From an uncultured Bacillota bacterium (lineage in GTDB: Bacteria > Sysuimicrobiota > Sysuimicrobiia > Sysuimicrobiales > Segetimicrobiaceae): DNA of 64,000 nt. The notes beneath the pieces are model-generated. The model was not told the DNA's origin, did not search any database, and was given only the letters and a program-made list of their open reading frames with translations. Positions 18,751 to 28,678 of this stretch are shown here, piece after piece. The stretch spans positions 864,001-928,000 of the forward strand of contig CAWDRG010000009.1 in the NCBI GenBank assembly GCA_963804645.1. Reading direction: 5' to 3'. Each line of letters opens with the position of its first letter. The first letter of the stretch is position 1. The position numbers and the translations under genes were made by a program.

Positions 18751-19632
18751 GTGGTCTCGTCTTCGTCGTGGGCGGGTTACCAGAAGACGGCGGCGTTCCT
18801 GGCCGCGTTCCGGGGGCTGCCGAAGACGTCCGCCCTCATCATCGCCTTGGGCGTGGGCACCGCGGTCGCGGGCGGCGCCATCGCGCCGCATCCGCCGACC
18901 GAGATCAACCTGACGATGGCGTACCAGCCGCCATTGTTTATCGCGGGGGGCAGCCCGCGGTACCTCCTTGGGACCGACGGGGAAGGCAGAGACATCCTGA
19001 GCCGGGTGATCGTCGGCACGCGGGTCTCCCTGGAGCTGACCGCCGTGGCGATCGGGATTTCGGTGGTGATCGGCACCGCGCTTGGCGTCGCGGCCGGGTA
19101 TTTTGGCGGCTGGGCGGACGCGCTGGTGATGCGTTCGGTGGACGCGATGCTGAGTTTGCCGACGATCCTGCTCGCGTTGATGCTTGCGCTCACCCTGGGG
19201 CCGAGTTATTGGACGGTCGTGACGGTGCTGGTGCTGGTCTTGTGGGCGCGCTACGCGAGGTTGATGCGGGGGGTCGCCAAGACCGTTCGCGAGAGGGATT
19301 TCGTCGCGTACGCGCGCATCTCGGGGCGGTCGCACGGGTGGATCATGCAGCGGCACATTCTTCCGCATCTGGTCGACACGATGCTGGTCTTCTCGACGCT
19401 GCAGATCGGGCTGACGATCCTGATGGAGGCGTCCCTGAGTTTTCTGGGCGCCGGGGTGCCGCCGCCGACGCCCACGCTTGGACAGATGGTCCAGGACGGG
19501 CGGTCGGTGCTGGAGCTCGCGTGGTGGGTGAGCGTGGTGCCCGGTCTCGTCATCATGCTCCTCGTGGTGGCGTTCAATAACGTTGGCGATTGGCTTCGCG
19601 ACACGCTCGATCCGAAGCTGCGGCAGCTCTGA
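18751..19632 (+). CDS. Peptide/nickel ABC permease (DppC-like)
   Basis: C-terminal part of ORF 17692-19632 from GTG 18751; LLGTDGEGRDILSRV, EASLSFLGAG, GDWLRDTLDPK. Confidence 0.93.
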   Translation: MVSSSSWAGYQKTAAFLAAFRGLPKTSALIIALGVGTAVAGGAIAPHPPTEINLTMAYQPPLFIAGGSPRYLLGTDGEGRDILSRVIVGTRVSLELTAVAIGISVVIGTALGVAAGYFGGWADALVMRSVDAMLSLPTILLALMLALTLGPSYWTVVTVLVLVLWARYARLMRGVAKTVRERDFVAYARISGRSHGWIMQRHILPHLVDTMLVFSTLQIGLTILMEASLSFLGAGVPPPTPTLGQMVQDGRSVLELAWWVSVVPGLVIMLLVVAFNNVGDWLRDTLDPKLRQL

Positions 19633-19703
19633 TCGATGCGCACGACTCCGGCCCGGGTGTCCACCTCCCCACGCCTGCTCCGGAACATGGCGGCGGTGTG
19701 AGC

Positions 19704-20741
19704 ATGCCGGCACCGGGGCCCGCGGTCTCCCCACACCCTGGCCCGGACTCGATCTCCGGCGACGCGGCGGAACGGGGTCGGCCGATTCTTGAAGTCCGGG
19801 ACCTGGAGACACACCTCTTTACCAAGCGCGGGGTGGGGAAGGCGGTCGACGGGGTCAGCTTTTCCCTGCGACGGGGCGAGACCCTCGGGTTGGTCGGCGA
19901 GTCCGGCTCCGGGAAGAGCCTGACGGCGCTCTCCATCGTGGGGCTCAACCCCAAACCGGCCTCGCGGATCGTGGGCGGGCACGTGCTCTTCCGCGGCGAG
20001 GACCTGCGTGGAAAGCCGGAACCTGAAATCCGGAAGTACCGCGGACGCCACATCGCGATGATTCTCCAGGATCCGCTCACGGCGCTGAACCCGGCCCTCA
20101 CGATTCGCAGCCAACTCTACGAAGCGCTGAGGCTCCACCGCGGGCTGTCGGGCCGCGCACTGCACGACAGCGCGACGGCCATCCTGTCCACCCTGCGCAT
20201 CTCGGATCCGGATGAACGACTGAAGAGCTTTCCTCATCAACTGAGCGGCGGAATGCGGCAGCGGGTGGTCGCGGCGATCGCGCTGTCCTGCCAGCCGGAG
20301 GTGCTGATCGCCGATGAACCGACGACCTCGCTCGACGTGACCGTCCAGGCTGCGTTTCTGAGATTGCTGGAGGATATCCAGCGGGACACCGGTGTGGCCA
20401 TCTTGTTCATCACGCACGATCTCGGCATCGTGGCGAGACTGTGTCACCGCGTGGCGGTCATGTATGCCGGGAGGATCGTCGAGGCCGGCGAGACGCGGCA
20501 GATCTTCAGCGATCCCGCGCACCCCTACACCGAGGCGCTCCTGAAGTCGCTGCCGACCGTCGACGGCGCGCCGCGCCGGCTCACGGCGATTGCGGGGTCT
20601 CCTCCTTCGATCTACGGCTTGGGGCGCGGGTGCCCATTCGCCCCTCGCTGTTCGTACGCGCGAACCGAGTGTACGATCGAGTATCCTCCGCCGGTCGAGA
20701 TGGGCGTCGACCGTGTCGTGCGCTGCTGGAGACACGTCTGA
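19704..20741 (+). CDS. Peptide ABC transporter ATP-binding protein (DppD-like)
   Basis: GESGSGKS, QLSGGMRQR, LIADEPTT, ITHDLG, HPYT, C-terminal GCPFAPRC..C..C; start approximate. Confidence 0.95.
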   Translation: MPAPGPAVSPHPGPDSISGDAAERGRPILEVRDLETHLFTKRGVGKAVDGVSFSLRRGETLGLVGESGSGKSLTALSIVGLNPKPASRIVGGHVLFRGEDLRGKPEPEIRKYRGRHIAMILQDPLTALNPALTIRSQLYEALRLHRGLSGRALHDSATAILSTLRISDPDERLKSFPHQLSGGMRQRVVAAIALSCQPEVLIADEPTTSLDVTVQAAFLRLLEDIQRDTGVAILFITHDLGIVARLCHRVAVMYAGRIVEAGETRQIFSDPAHPYTEALLKSLPTVDGAPRRLTAIAGSPPSIYGLGRGCPFAPRCSYARTECTIEYPPPVEMGVDRVVRCWRHV

Positions 20742-21736
20742 TGGAGGCGCGTCCCGTGCTGCTGCAGATCGCGGGACTGCGGAAGTATTTTCCGGTACGG
20801 TCCTTTGCGGGGTTCGCCCGAAAACACTTCGTCAGGGCCGTCGATGGAGTGACCTTCTCCGTGCACGACCGTGAGACCGTCGCCATCGTCGGGGAGTCGG
20901 GATGCGGGAAGACCACGATCGCCAAGCTCATCCTGCTACTGGAAACACCAACGAGCGGGGCGATCTTATTCCAGGACGCCGACATCAACCGGATCCGCGG
21001 GAGCCAACTGTTCGACTACCGGCGGGCTGTGCAGGCGGTGTTCCAAGACCCCACGAGCTCGCTTGATCCCCGCATGCGCATCGGCGCCATCATCGCCGAA
21101 CCCTTGATCAACGGCATGAGCGCCGTCGAGAAGCGCGCGCTGGTCGGACGGCTGCTGGCGCGGGTCGGGCTCGATGCCTCGTTGTCGAGCAGCTTTCCGC
21201 ACGAACTGAGCGTCGGTCAGCGTCAGCGGGTCGCGATCGCCAGGGCGCTGGCGCCGTCGCCGCGGCTCATTGTGCTCGACGAGCCGGCATCGAGCTTGGA
21301 CGTGTCGATCCGCACGCAGATCATGAATCTGCTGAGTGATCTACAGCAGGAGGAGGGGTTGAGCTACCTACTCATCTCGCACGACCTTGCCACGGTGCGA
21401 TATCTGAGCCACCGTGTGGCGGTGCTGTACATGGGGGAGATCGTGGAATTCGACACGACGGAGTCGTTATTCACGCATCCCCTCCACCCGTACACCACGG
21501 CGCTCCTTGCGGCCGCGCGGCCCGCACAGCGCGGCGAGAGCAGCGACGCCGTGGTGTGGCAGGGCGAAGTGCCCTCGCCAATTTCGCCGCCGTCCGGATG
21601 CCGGTTCCGAACCCGCTGCCCGCACGTTTTCGAGCGCTGTGCCCGGGATGCCCCGCACCTCCATGACATGGGGGCGGGGCACCGGGTCGCCTGCCATCTG
21701 TATGACGACGCAAGTCCGCGGAGAAAGGAGGGCTGA
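20741..21736 (+). CDS. Peptide ABC transporter ATP-binding protein (DppF-like)
   Basis: GESGCGKT, ELSVGQRQR, VLDEP, ISHDL, HPYT, PSGCRFRTRCP..C..VACH; ATG overlaps the upstream stop. Confidence 0.95.
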   Translation: MEARPVLLQIAGLRKYFPVRSFAGFARKHFVRAVDGVTFSVHDRETVAIVGESGCGKTTIAKLILLLETPTSGAILFQDADINRIRGSQLFDYRRAVQAVFQDPTSSLDPRMRIGAIIAEPLINGMSAVEKRALVGRLLARVGLDASLSSSFPHELSVGQRQRVAIARALAPSPRLIVLDEPASSLDVSIRTQIMNLLSDLQQEEGLSYLLISHDLATVRYLSHRVAVLYMGEIVEFDTTESLFTHPLHPYTTALLAAARPAQRGESSDAVVWQGEVPSPISPPSGCRFRTRCPHVFERCARDAPHLHDMGAGHRVACHLYDDASPRRKEG

Positions 21737-21928
21737 CGGACCGTGCGGATCGTTGCTGGAAGCCGTGGGGTGCTCGGGCGCGATCGGGTCGAGGTGGACC
21801 GGCCGCTCCGCGGGTCATGAACACGTCCGCGCGCGAGAGACACCCGACGGTGCGCGTGTACGGGTTGGCCAGGGAATCGCAGTGACTGATGCTGCCCATC
21901 GTGCGTGGATGGGCGCGAGGAGGAAGCG

Positions 21929-22654
21929 ATGAACAACGGACCCAGGACCATTGATCCGCGCGTGATCGAGGGGTTCCGCCAAGTCTGCTGCGCGTGTGTC
22001 GGAGACGTGTTGGGCGGCCTCGGCCTGAACGGCATCATCGGTGGACTCGCCCCGCTGGACCGCAAGATGAAACTGTGCGGTCCGGCCGTGACGATGCGGC
22101 AGATCGCATCACGCGATCGCCGGAATTGGGCGCGACACGAGAAGGTCCTTGTCGAGATGACTCGTCCGGGGGATGTGTTCGTCATCGACGCGGGCGGCCG
22201 GATGGACGCGTCTCCGTGGGGCGGCAACGTGACCTACGAGTCGCTCACGCGCGGCCTGGAAGGGACCGTGATCGACGGGGTCACGCGGGACAGCCAGGAA
22301 ATCATCGACAGCGGCTATCCCGTCTTTACGCGGGGCGTCACGCTGTCACACGCTCACGGTCTCTTCCACAGCACGTGTCTGAACAACGAACCGGTGCAAA
22401 TCGGGGTGTTTCCCCGCGCAGTGCTTGTGGCTCCGGGTGATTTGATCATGGGAGAGGCGGACGGGCTCGTGGTTGTTCCCGCCGAGCGGGCCAAGGAGAT
22501 CTTGGAACTCGCACAGCGGCGCCATGAGGGAGACATGCGGTTTCACGAGCTGATGAAATCCGGGAAGGTCCACGGTGATCCCGAGGTCAATGCCCAAGTA
22601 GCGAAGAGTCGCGCCCTCGAGGGCGTGGAGCAGGCCGAAGACTACAAGTGGTAA
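21929..22654 (+). CDS. RraA family protein (HMG/CHA aldolase-like)
   Basis: CVGDVL, GPAVTM, RPGDVFVIDAGG..SPWGG, VIDGVTRDSQE, VAPGDLIMGEADGLVVVP; SD GAGGAGG. Confidence 0.88.
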   Translation: MNNGPRTIDPRVIEGFRQVCCACVGDVLGGLGLNGIIGGLAPLDRKMKLCGPAVTMRQIASRDRRNWARHEKVLVEMTRPGDVFVIDAGGRMDASPWGGNVTYESLTRGLEGTVIDGVTRDSQEIIDSGYPVFTRGVTLSHAHGLFHSTCLNNEPVQIGVFPRAVLVAPGDLIMGEADGLVVVPAERAKEILELAQRRHEGDMRFHELMKSGKVHGDPEVNAQVAKSRALEGVEQAEDYKW

Positions 22655-22806
22655 CCGGAACCCCGTAGGGGTGCTGACGTCCGGTCTCCTCTGCGCCCCG
22701 ACGCTGGACCGCGTGGGGCGCAGCGGGGGGAAGCGGGGCCGTCACGACTGCGCAGCGGTCGGCGACGGGCGACACGGTCCGGGAACCGCGCACGGGAGGA
22801 GATGCG

Positions 22807-24105
22807 ATGGAGGCAGTGGAGTTTCCGCAACTGACTGACGAGATGCTTGCGGCAGGGAAACGGACGATCAACCCGGAGGAGAGAGAGCGGCCCGCGTGCT
22901 TTTCGGTCCTGACGCGCGACGTGATCCGCCGCTGGGCATACGCGATCGGCGACGGGAATCCCCTGTGGTTGGACGACGAGTATGCGAAGGGCACGCGGTG
23001 GGGCGCGATCCTCTCTCCCCCCACGTTTCCCGAGACCGCGGTGCGCGGCCCCATCTTCAACCCGCTGAGAGCGCCGCGGGCGGCGGCCGGCGCGCCGGCC
23101 GCCGCGCCGTCGAACCTGCCGGGGCAGACGTCCAGCCGCGGAGGAGGATTTCCGGGCCTCGCGGGGCTGCAGGTGGGGCGCGAGTTCACGTTTTACGCTC
23201 CCGTCCGGGTCAACGAGGAGATCCGCGGGATGCAGCGTGTCGTCGCGATCGTCGACTCGGAAGGGCGCACGCACGACGACTGCATCGATGGTGAAGCCGA
23301 CGTGGACGCTGCGCTGGCCGCCGCGATCGAGGAGTGCGCCGCGCGGAAGACCCGGATCGCGATTCAGACGTTCGACATCAAAGTCTACAGCAAGCGGAAC
23401 GGCAAGCTGCTGATGCGCTGCTTCCATCACATGGGGCGATTCGCGCGCGGCATCCCGCTCGAAGAGAGCAAGTATCGCGACGTTCCCGAGCCCTATTATA
23501 CGCAGGAAATGATGGATAAGCTCGTCCGGCAGCACGAGCAGGAGTACCTGCGTGGACGGGACGTGCTGTACTGGGAAGATGTGAAGGTCGGCGATGAGCT
23601 GCCGGGTACGGTGAAAGGGCCGCACACGCCGAACGATTACATTCTCTACCACGCTTCGTTCGGCGGATTTTTTGACGTGACCGACCGGCTGAAGTACCTC
23701 ATGATGAAGCGCTTCCCGGGTACCGTGGGGATCGATCCCAAGACGAACGTTCCCGATTTCCCGATCTCCATGCACCTCGACGAGTTCTTTTACAAGGCGA
23801 TGGGCTATCCGCGCGGGTTTGACGGCTCGATGCAGCGGATCAGCTGGTTTGGGCACCTGATCACCAACTGGATGGGCGACGACGCGTTCTTGCAGAAGCT
23901 GGCCATTTTTCACCATCGGCCGCTCTTCCTCTACGATATGATGTGGCTGCACGGCCGCGTCGTGTCGAAGGATGAGCGCAATTCCGCGGTCGATCTCGAG
24001 TTATGGTCCGAGAATCAGCGCGGGGAGCCCGTGTCGCACGGGACCGCGCGCGTGCTGCTGCAGAACCGGGCCAAGCGACCGCTTCCGTTTGCCGACTACG
24101 GATAG
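22807..24105 (+). CDS. Double hot-dog (MaoC/FAS1-like) acyl-CoA hydratase/dehydratase
   Basis: DVIRRWAYAIGDGNPLWLDDEYA..TRWG..PPTF (MaoC N-terminal); YWEDVKVGDEL, MHLD..G.PRGFD, ITNWMGDD, ENQRGE (second hot-dog). Confidence 0.85.
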   Translation: MEAVEFPQLTDEMLAAGKRTINPEERERPACFSVLTRDVIRRWAYAIGDGNPLWLDDEYAKGTRWGAILSPPTFPETAVRGPIFNPLRAPRAAAGAPAAAPSNLPGQTSSRGGGFPGLAGLQVGREFTFYAPVRVNEEIRGMQRVVAIVDSEGRTHDDCIDGEADVDAALAAAIEECAARKTRIAIQTFDIKVYSKRNGKLLMRCFHHMGRFARGIPLEESKYRDVPEPYYTQEMMDKLVRQHEQEYLRGRDVLYWEDVKVGDELPGTVKGPHTPNDYILYHASFGGFFDVTDRLKYLMMKRFPGTVGIDPKTNVPDFPISMHLDEFFYKAMGYPRGFDGSMQRISWFGHLITNWMGDDAFLQKLAIFHHRPLFLYDMMWLHGRVVSKDERNSAVDLELWSENQRGEPVSHGTARVLLQNRAKRPLPFADYG

Positions 24106-24198
24106 CGGCGCCGGCGCTCCGGCCGGCAGGACGTAGGGAGCCGAGAGAAGAAATCGCGCCAGCGCGGCTCGCACGTTGGGGTCGAGCGTGATCGGGAG

Positions 24199-26613
24199 GT
24201 GGTCGCCATCAGCGCGTCGGGTCCGTTGGCGGGGCTGCGTGTGTTTGATCTGACCATCGCGGGGGCCGGTCCACGCGCCGGCCGCATGCTCGCCGAACTG
24301 GGAGCGGAGGTCCTGAAGATCGAGCCTCCCAACGGCGACGTCATGCTCAACCGGCCGCCGACGCAGCACGGATGGCCGGTCGGGTACACGCACTTCAACC
24401 GCGGGAAGAAATCGCTGCTGCTCGACCTGCGCAACCCCGAGGACCTCGCGCTCGCGCACACACTGGCGAGAGAGTCCGACATTTTTCTCAACAACATGCG
24501 GCCGGGGGTGACGGAGCGGCTGCATCTGGGGTACGAGGACCTCGCGGCGCTGAACCCGCGGATCATCTACGGCTACATGTCCGCGTGGGGGCGATCCGGC
24601 CCGCTGGCGCAGTGGCCGGGCGCGGATCCGGTGGTGCAGTTCTTCTCCGGCTGGTGCAGCATCCAGGGGCAGGATGGCGGCCCGGCGGAATTCGGCCGCT
24701 ACGTCGGCCATATCGACGACAGCGGCGCGGCGGTGCTGGTCGGCGGGATCCTGCAGGCGCTTCTCGACCGTGCCGTGACTGGGCGCGGGCAGCGCGTCGA
24801 CGTGTCCCTGCTCGGGAGCTCGCTGGCCGTGCAGCTCACGCGCCTGAGCCAGCACCTCGCCGGGAGCGAGGCGCGGCCGCTGGGGAGCGCGAGCTCGACC
24901 ACGGCGCCGCACCAGGCGTTTTTGTGCGGCGATCACAAGTACCTGGCGGTCGGCGTCGAGCATGACGACCACTGGCGGGCGTTCTGTCAGGTGTTGAGCG
25001 TGCCCGAACTGGCCGCCGATCCGCGCTTCGCGACGAACCCCGACCGCGTGCGGCACCGGAAGGAGCTCGCGCGGATCATCGAGGGGATCTTTCAACGATC
25101 GCCCAGCAACTGGATCGCGATCCTGCTGGAGCGGGCCGGCGTGCCGTGCAGCCGGTTCTATGATTGGGAGAACATCAAATACCATACGCAGGTCCGTGAC
25201 AACGAGTATCTGAGTGAGGTCGACGTGCCGCACCAAGGCAAGATGTATCTCGTCAATCCCCCGTGGGAATTCAGCGAGTCGCCGCGGCCGGAGCTGAACG
25301 CGCCGCGCCCGGGTGAGCATACGGCGGAAGTCCGCGCATGGCTGCGCGAACGGTCGGACGGAGTCGCCCCGACGCCCGAGCGGCCGGCGGCCGGCGCCGC
25401 GCCGGATGCGGCCGCGGCGGCCCGGCCCGCGCCGCGGACGGCCCTTAGCGGCATCACCGTGATCGACGTGACCCAGGGGCTCTGCGGTCCGTTCGCGTCC
25501 CAGCTGTTCGCGCAGGCGGGGGCCACCGTGATCAAGGTCGAGCCGCCCGGCGGCGACTACGCCCGGCGCATGGGGCCGCCGTTCGTTGGGGGAGAGAGCG
25601 CGGTGTTCCTGGCGTTGAACCGCGGCAAGGAGAGCGTCACCCTCGATGTCTCGCTCCCCGAGGACCGTGAGCGCCTGCGGGCGCTGATTCGGCGCGCGGA
25701 CGTGTTGCTCGAGGACTGGGGTCCCGACGTCGCCGAAGAGCGCCAGCTCGGATACGCGCAGCTCCGCGCGGAAGACCCGCGGCTCGTGTACGCTGCGATT
25801 ACGGCGTTCGGAGATCGGGGGCCGCTGCGCCATCGGCCCGCGTCCGAGTTGATCATCCAGGCCATGACGGAATATCACCACGGGATCGGCGTCTCGACGG
25901 ACCCCCCGGCCCGGGTCGGCGCCGACGTGGCCAGCATGAGCACCGGGATTTACATGTTCAACGCCGTGCTCGCGGCCCTGTTTCAGCGCACGCGCACGGG
26001 GAAGGGCCAGCGGATCAGCCTCAGCAAATTTGGGACGCTCATCTATGCCCGCGGTACCGTGTGGGCGGCGCAGGGCGATCCCGATGATTGGGACGGGTGG
26101 GCGGCGCGCCCGTTCTTCCCCCCGGACTACGGCTACAAGACGAAGGACGGCTGCGTCTACTTTTTCATCATGCGCGGAGACGAAGAGCAGTTCGACGGGT
26201 TGATGATCGCCCTCGGGTTGGAGGCGCACCTCGCGGACCCGCGGTTCGGCGGCGGCGGACGGGACGCCCTCGGCATCGGGCGCTACGCCGCGGAGCTGAA
26301 GCCGATCTGGGAAGACGCGTTCCGAAACTATACCACCCAAGAGCTTACGGAGATGGTGCAGGTCTATGGCGGGTTGATCGCGCCGCTGTACGATTACGAG
26401 AGCCTGTTTCGCGATCCGAACGTGGCGTTGCTGAAGCTCCTGCGCGATGTCGAGGATCCCGATCGCGGCACCTACACGATGCTGAATCCTCCCTGGGAGT
26501 TTTCCGCGCTGTCGACCGAGCTCGGCGCGCCGGCGCCGCGTCCCGGACAGCACACCGAGCGCGTGCTGCGGCGGTTCGGGCTGCAGGACGAGTCCGCCCT
26601 CACGCAGCGGTAG
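24199..26613 (+). CDS. Class III CoA-transferase (CaiB/BaiF), two domains fused in tandem
   Basis: Two repeats of L.G.RV.D..GP..A.V.KIEPP.GD..NRGK.S..LD, each ending in AP.PG.HT. Confidence 0.92.
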   Translation: MVAISASGPLAGLRVFDLTIAGAGPRAGRMLAELGAEVLKIEPPNGDVMLNRPPTQHGWPVGYTHFNRGKKSLLLDLRNPEDLALAHTLARESDIFLNNMRPGVTERLHLGYEDLAALNPRIIYGYMSAWGRSGPLAQWPGADPVVQFFSGWCSIQGQDGGPAEFGRYVGHIDDSGAAVLVGGILQALLDRAVTGRGQRVDVSLLGSSLAVQLTRLSQHLAGSEARPLGSASSTTAPHQAFLCGDHKYLAVGVEHDDHWRAFCQVLSVPELAADPRFATNPDRVRHRKELARIIEGIFQRSPSNWIAILLERAGVPCSRFYDWENIKYHTQVRDNEYLSEVDVPHQGKMYLVNPPWEFSESPRPELNAPRPGEHTAEVRAWLRERSDGVAPTPERPAAGAAPDAAAAARPAPRTALSGITVIDVTQGLCGPFASQLFAQAGATVIKVEPPGGDYARRMGPPFVGGESAVFLALNRGKESVTLDVSLPEDRERLRALIRRADVLLEDWGPDVAEERQLGYAQLRAEDPRLVYAAITAFGDRGPLRHRPASELIIQAMTEYHHGIGVSTDPPARVGADVASMSTGIYMFNAVLAALFQRTRTGKGQRISLSKFGTLIYARGTVWAAQGDPDDWDGWAARPFFPPDYGYKTKDGCVYFFIMRGDEEQFDGLMIALGLEAHLADPRFGGGGRDALGIGRYAAELKPIWEDAFRNYTTQELTEMVQVYGGLIAPLYDYESLFRDPNVALLKLLRDVEDPDRGTYTMLNPPWEFSALSTELGAPAPRPGQHTERVLRRFGLQDESALTQR

Positions 26614-26686
26614 GCTCCAGGACGCCGCGACCGCCCGCGTCCGCGGGAAGCGCGATCGCGCCTTGGGGCTGCGTCGGGGTCCGGCG

Positions 26687-27577
26687 CTAGACCTGCGGTC
26701 CGGGAATGGCCGTGCGTGACCGCTGCAGCCGCGGGTCCAGCGCGTCGGAGATCGCTTCGCCAAAGAGACTGAGCCCGAACACCGCGACCGTGATCGTAAT
26801 CCCGGGCGCCAGCGCGAGCCATGGGGCCTGCAGCAGATACTGACGCCCTTCGTTGGACAGCATCGCGCCCCACGAGGGCGTGGGCGGCGGCGGTCCCAGC
26901 CCCAGGAAGCTCAGCGACGCCTCGACGACGATCGCCCACCCGAGGGACACGCTCATTACCACGATGTACGGGGTCAGGCAGCTCGGGAGGATATGGCGGA
27001 GCAGGATGCGAGCCGTGCCCGCACCCGTCGACCGGGCGGCATCCACGAACTCGCGTTCCCTGACGGCGATCGCCGTGGCCCGGACGGCGCGGGCCGACTG
27101 TGGGATGAGCGCCACGGCGATGGCCGCGATCAAACTGACGTCCGAAGCCCCAAACGCCGCCACCACGGTCATCGTCAGAATCAGGACGGGAAACGCCAGC
27201 AGCGCATCGATCACCCGCTGGCTGAGAAGGTCGAACATGCTCCCCAGGTAGCCGCTCCCCAGCCCCCACGCGGCGCCGACGGTCGCTCCGATCATGACGC
27301 CCAGAAACGACACGGTCGCCGACGTGCGCGCGCCCCACAGGACGCGGCTGAACACGTCCCGTCCGAAGTTGTCGGTGCCCATGAGGTACCGCGCGCTCGG
27401 GGGATGGAACAGGTCGGTGTAGTGCGGGTCGATGGGGTTGTAGGGGGAGACCACGGGGGCCGCGACGGCGACGAAGAGAATCAGGAGCGTCACCACCGCG
27501 CCGAGGATCCACGCGGGATTTCTGAGTAGGTGGGCGGCGAACGCCCCGCGCCGCGTGCGGCGCCGGCGGGCGCTCAC
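26687..27577 (-). CDS. Peptide/nickel ABC permease (DppC-like)
   Basis: MGTDNFGRDVFSRV, EFVDAARSTGA, EASLSFLGLG, PSWGAML, ALDPR. Confidence 0.94.
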   Translation of the reverse strand: MSARRRRTRRGAFAAHLLRNPAWILGAVVTLLILFVAVAAPVVSPYNPIDPHYTDLFHPPSARYLMGTDNFGRDVFSRVLWGARTSATVSFLGVMIGATVGAAWGLGSGYLGSMFDLLSQRVIDALLAFPVLILTMTVVAAFGASDVSLIAAIAVALIPQSARAVRATAIAVREREFVDAARSTGAGTARILLRHILPSCLTPYIVVMSVSLGWAIVVEASLSFLGLGPPPPTPSWGAMLSNEGRQYLLQAPWLALAPGITITVAVFGLSLFGEAISDALDPRLQRSRTAIPGPQV

Positions 27578-27694
27578 GGGGCGGGGGGAAGTGCGGCCAG
27601 GGCGTGCGGCTCTTCGTCGGCGCGGGCGGCGCCGGCCGGCCCGCCCCGGCCCTCCGAGCCGCGGGGACGCCTCGGTCGAACCGGCAGGGTCGGA

Positions 27695-28678
27695 CTATCC
27701 ATGGCGGATGCGTGGATCCAGCCACGCGTACGACAGGTCGACCGCGAGGTTCATCAGGACGAGCAGGCCGGCGAACATCACCACGGTCGTTTGGACGACG
27801 GGGTAGTCGCGCTGCAGGATCGCGTCCACCAGGAGCCGGCCCACCCCGGGCACGGCGAAGATCTGTTCCAGGATGACCACGCCCCCCAGCAGCGATCCGA
27901 ACTGCAGGCCGGCGATCGTGATGACCGGCAGCAGCGCGTTCTTGACCACGTGCCGCGTGACGACGGTGCGCTCGTGCACGCCCTTGGCCCTGGCCGTTTG
28001 GACGTACGGCTCCGGCAGCACCGACAGCATGGACGCGCGCATCATGCTGGCGAGAATCGCCATCTGATAGAAGCCCATGACCAGCGCCGGCCAGACCATC
28101 TGCTGCAGGTTCTCCCACGGTTGCTCCCACAGCGGGGCGTAGCTCAGCGGCGGCGTCCACCGAAACAATGCCGACAATCCCAAGATGACCAGGGTGCCGG
28201 TCCAGAAGATCGGGAGCGAGAGGCCCGCCTTGGCGACGAAGCGCACGAGATAGTCGGTCCGGGTGTCGAGATGGGTGGCCGCGATGACCCCGAGGGGAAG
28301 CGCGATGCCGGCGGACACGATCGCCGTCATGGCGGCCAATTCGGCGCTGACCGGCACCCGCTCCACGATCTCGCTCAGCACGGAGCGGCCCGTGATGAAC
28401 GACTGCCCCGCGTTGAGCGTGAGGATGCCCGTGATCCACGACGTGTACTGCACGGCCAGCGGTCGATCGGTGCCGAGCTTGTGCCGCAGGGCGGCGAGCT
28501 GCTCGGCGCTGGCGCGCGTGTTCGAGCCGCCCTCGCCGCCGCTGTTGAGGATGAGCAGCGCCGGATCGCCCGGAATGACGCGGAGGATCGCAAAGACCAC
28601 TAGGCTGACGAGCAGCAAGGTCGGAAGAATCAGAAGGGCTCGCTTCAGCGCATAGCCCGCCATCGCCGGTGCGGTCAC
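27695..28678 (-). CDS. Peptide/nickel ABC permease (DppB-like)
   Basis: From GTG 28678 (GTGA overlap) or ATG 28663; IPGDPA, LGTDRPLAVQY, YVQTARAKG, KNALLPVIT, RDYPVVQ, DPRIR. Confidence 0.94.
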   Translation of the reverse strand: MTAPAMAGYALKRALLILPTLLLVSLVVFAILRVIPGDPALLILNSGGEGGSNTRASAEQLAALRHKLGTDRPLAVQYTSWITGILTLNAGQSFITGRSVLSEIVERVPVSAELAAMTAIVSAGIALPLGVIAATHLDTRTDYLVRFVAKAGLSLPIFWTGTLVILGLSALFRWTPPLSYAPLWEQPWENLQQMVWPALVMGFYQMAILASMMRASMLSVLPEPYVQTARAKGVHERTVVTRHVVKNALLPVITIAGLQFGSLLGGVVILEQIFAVPGVGRLLVDAILQRDYPVVQTTVVMFAGLLVLMNLAVDLSYAWLDPRIRHG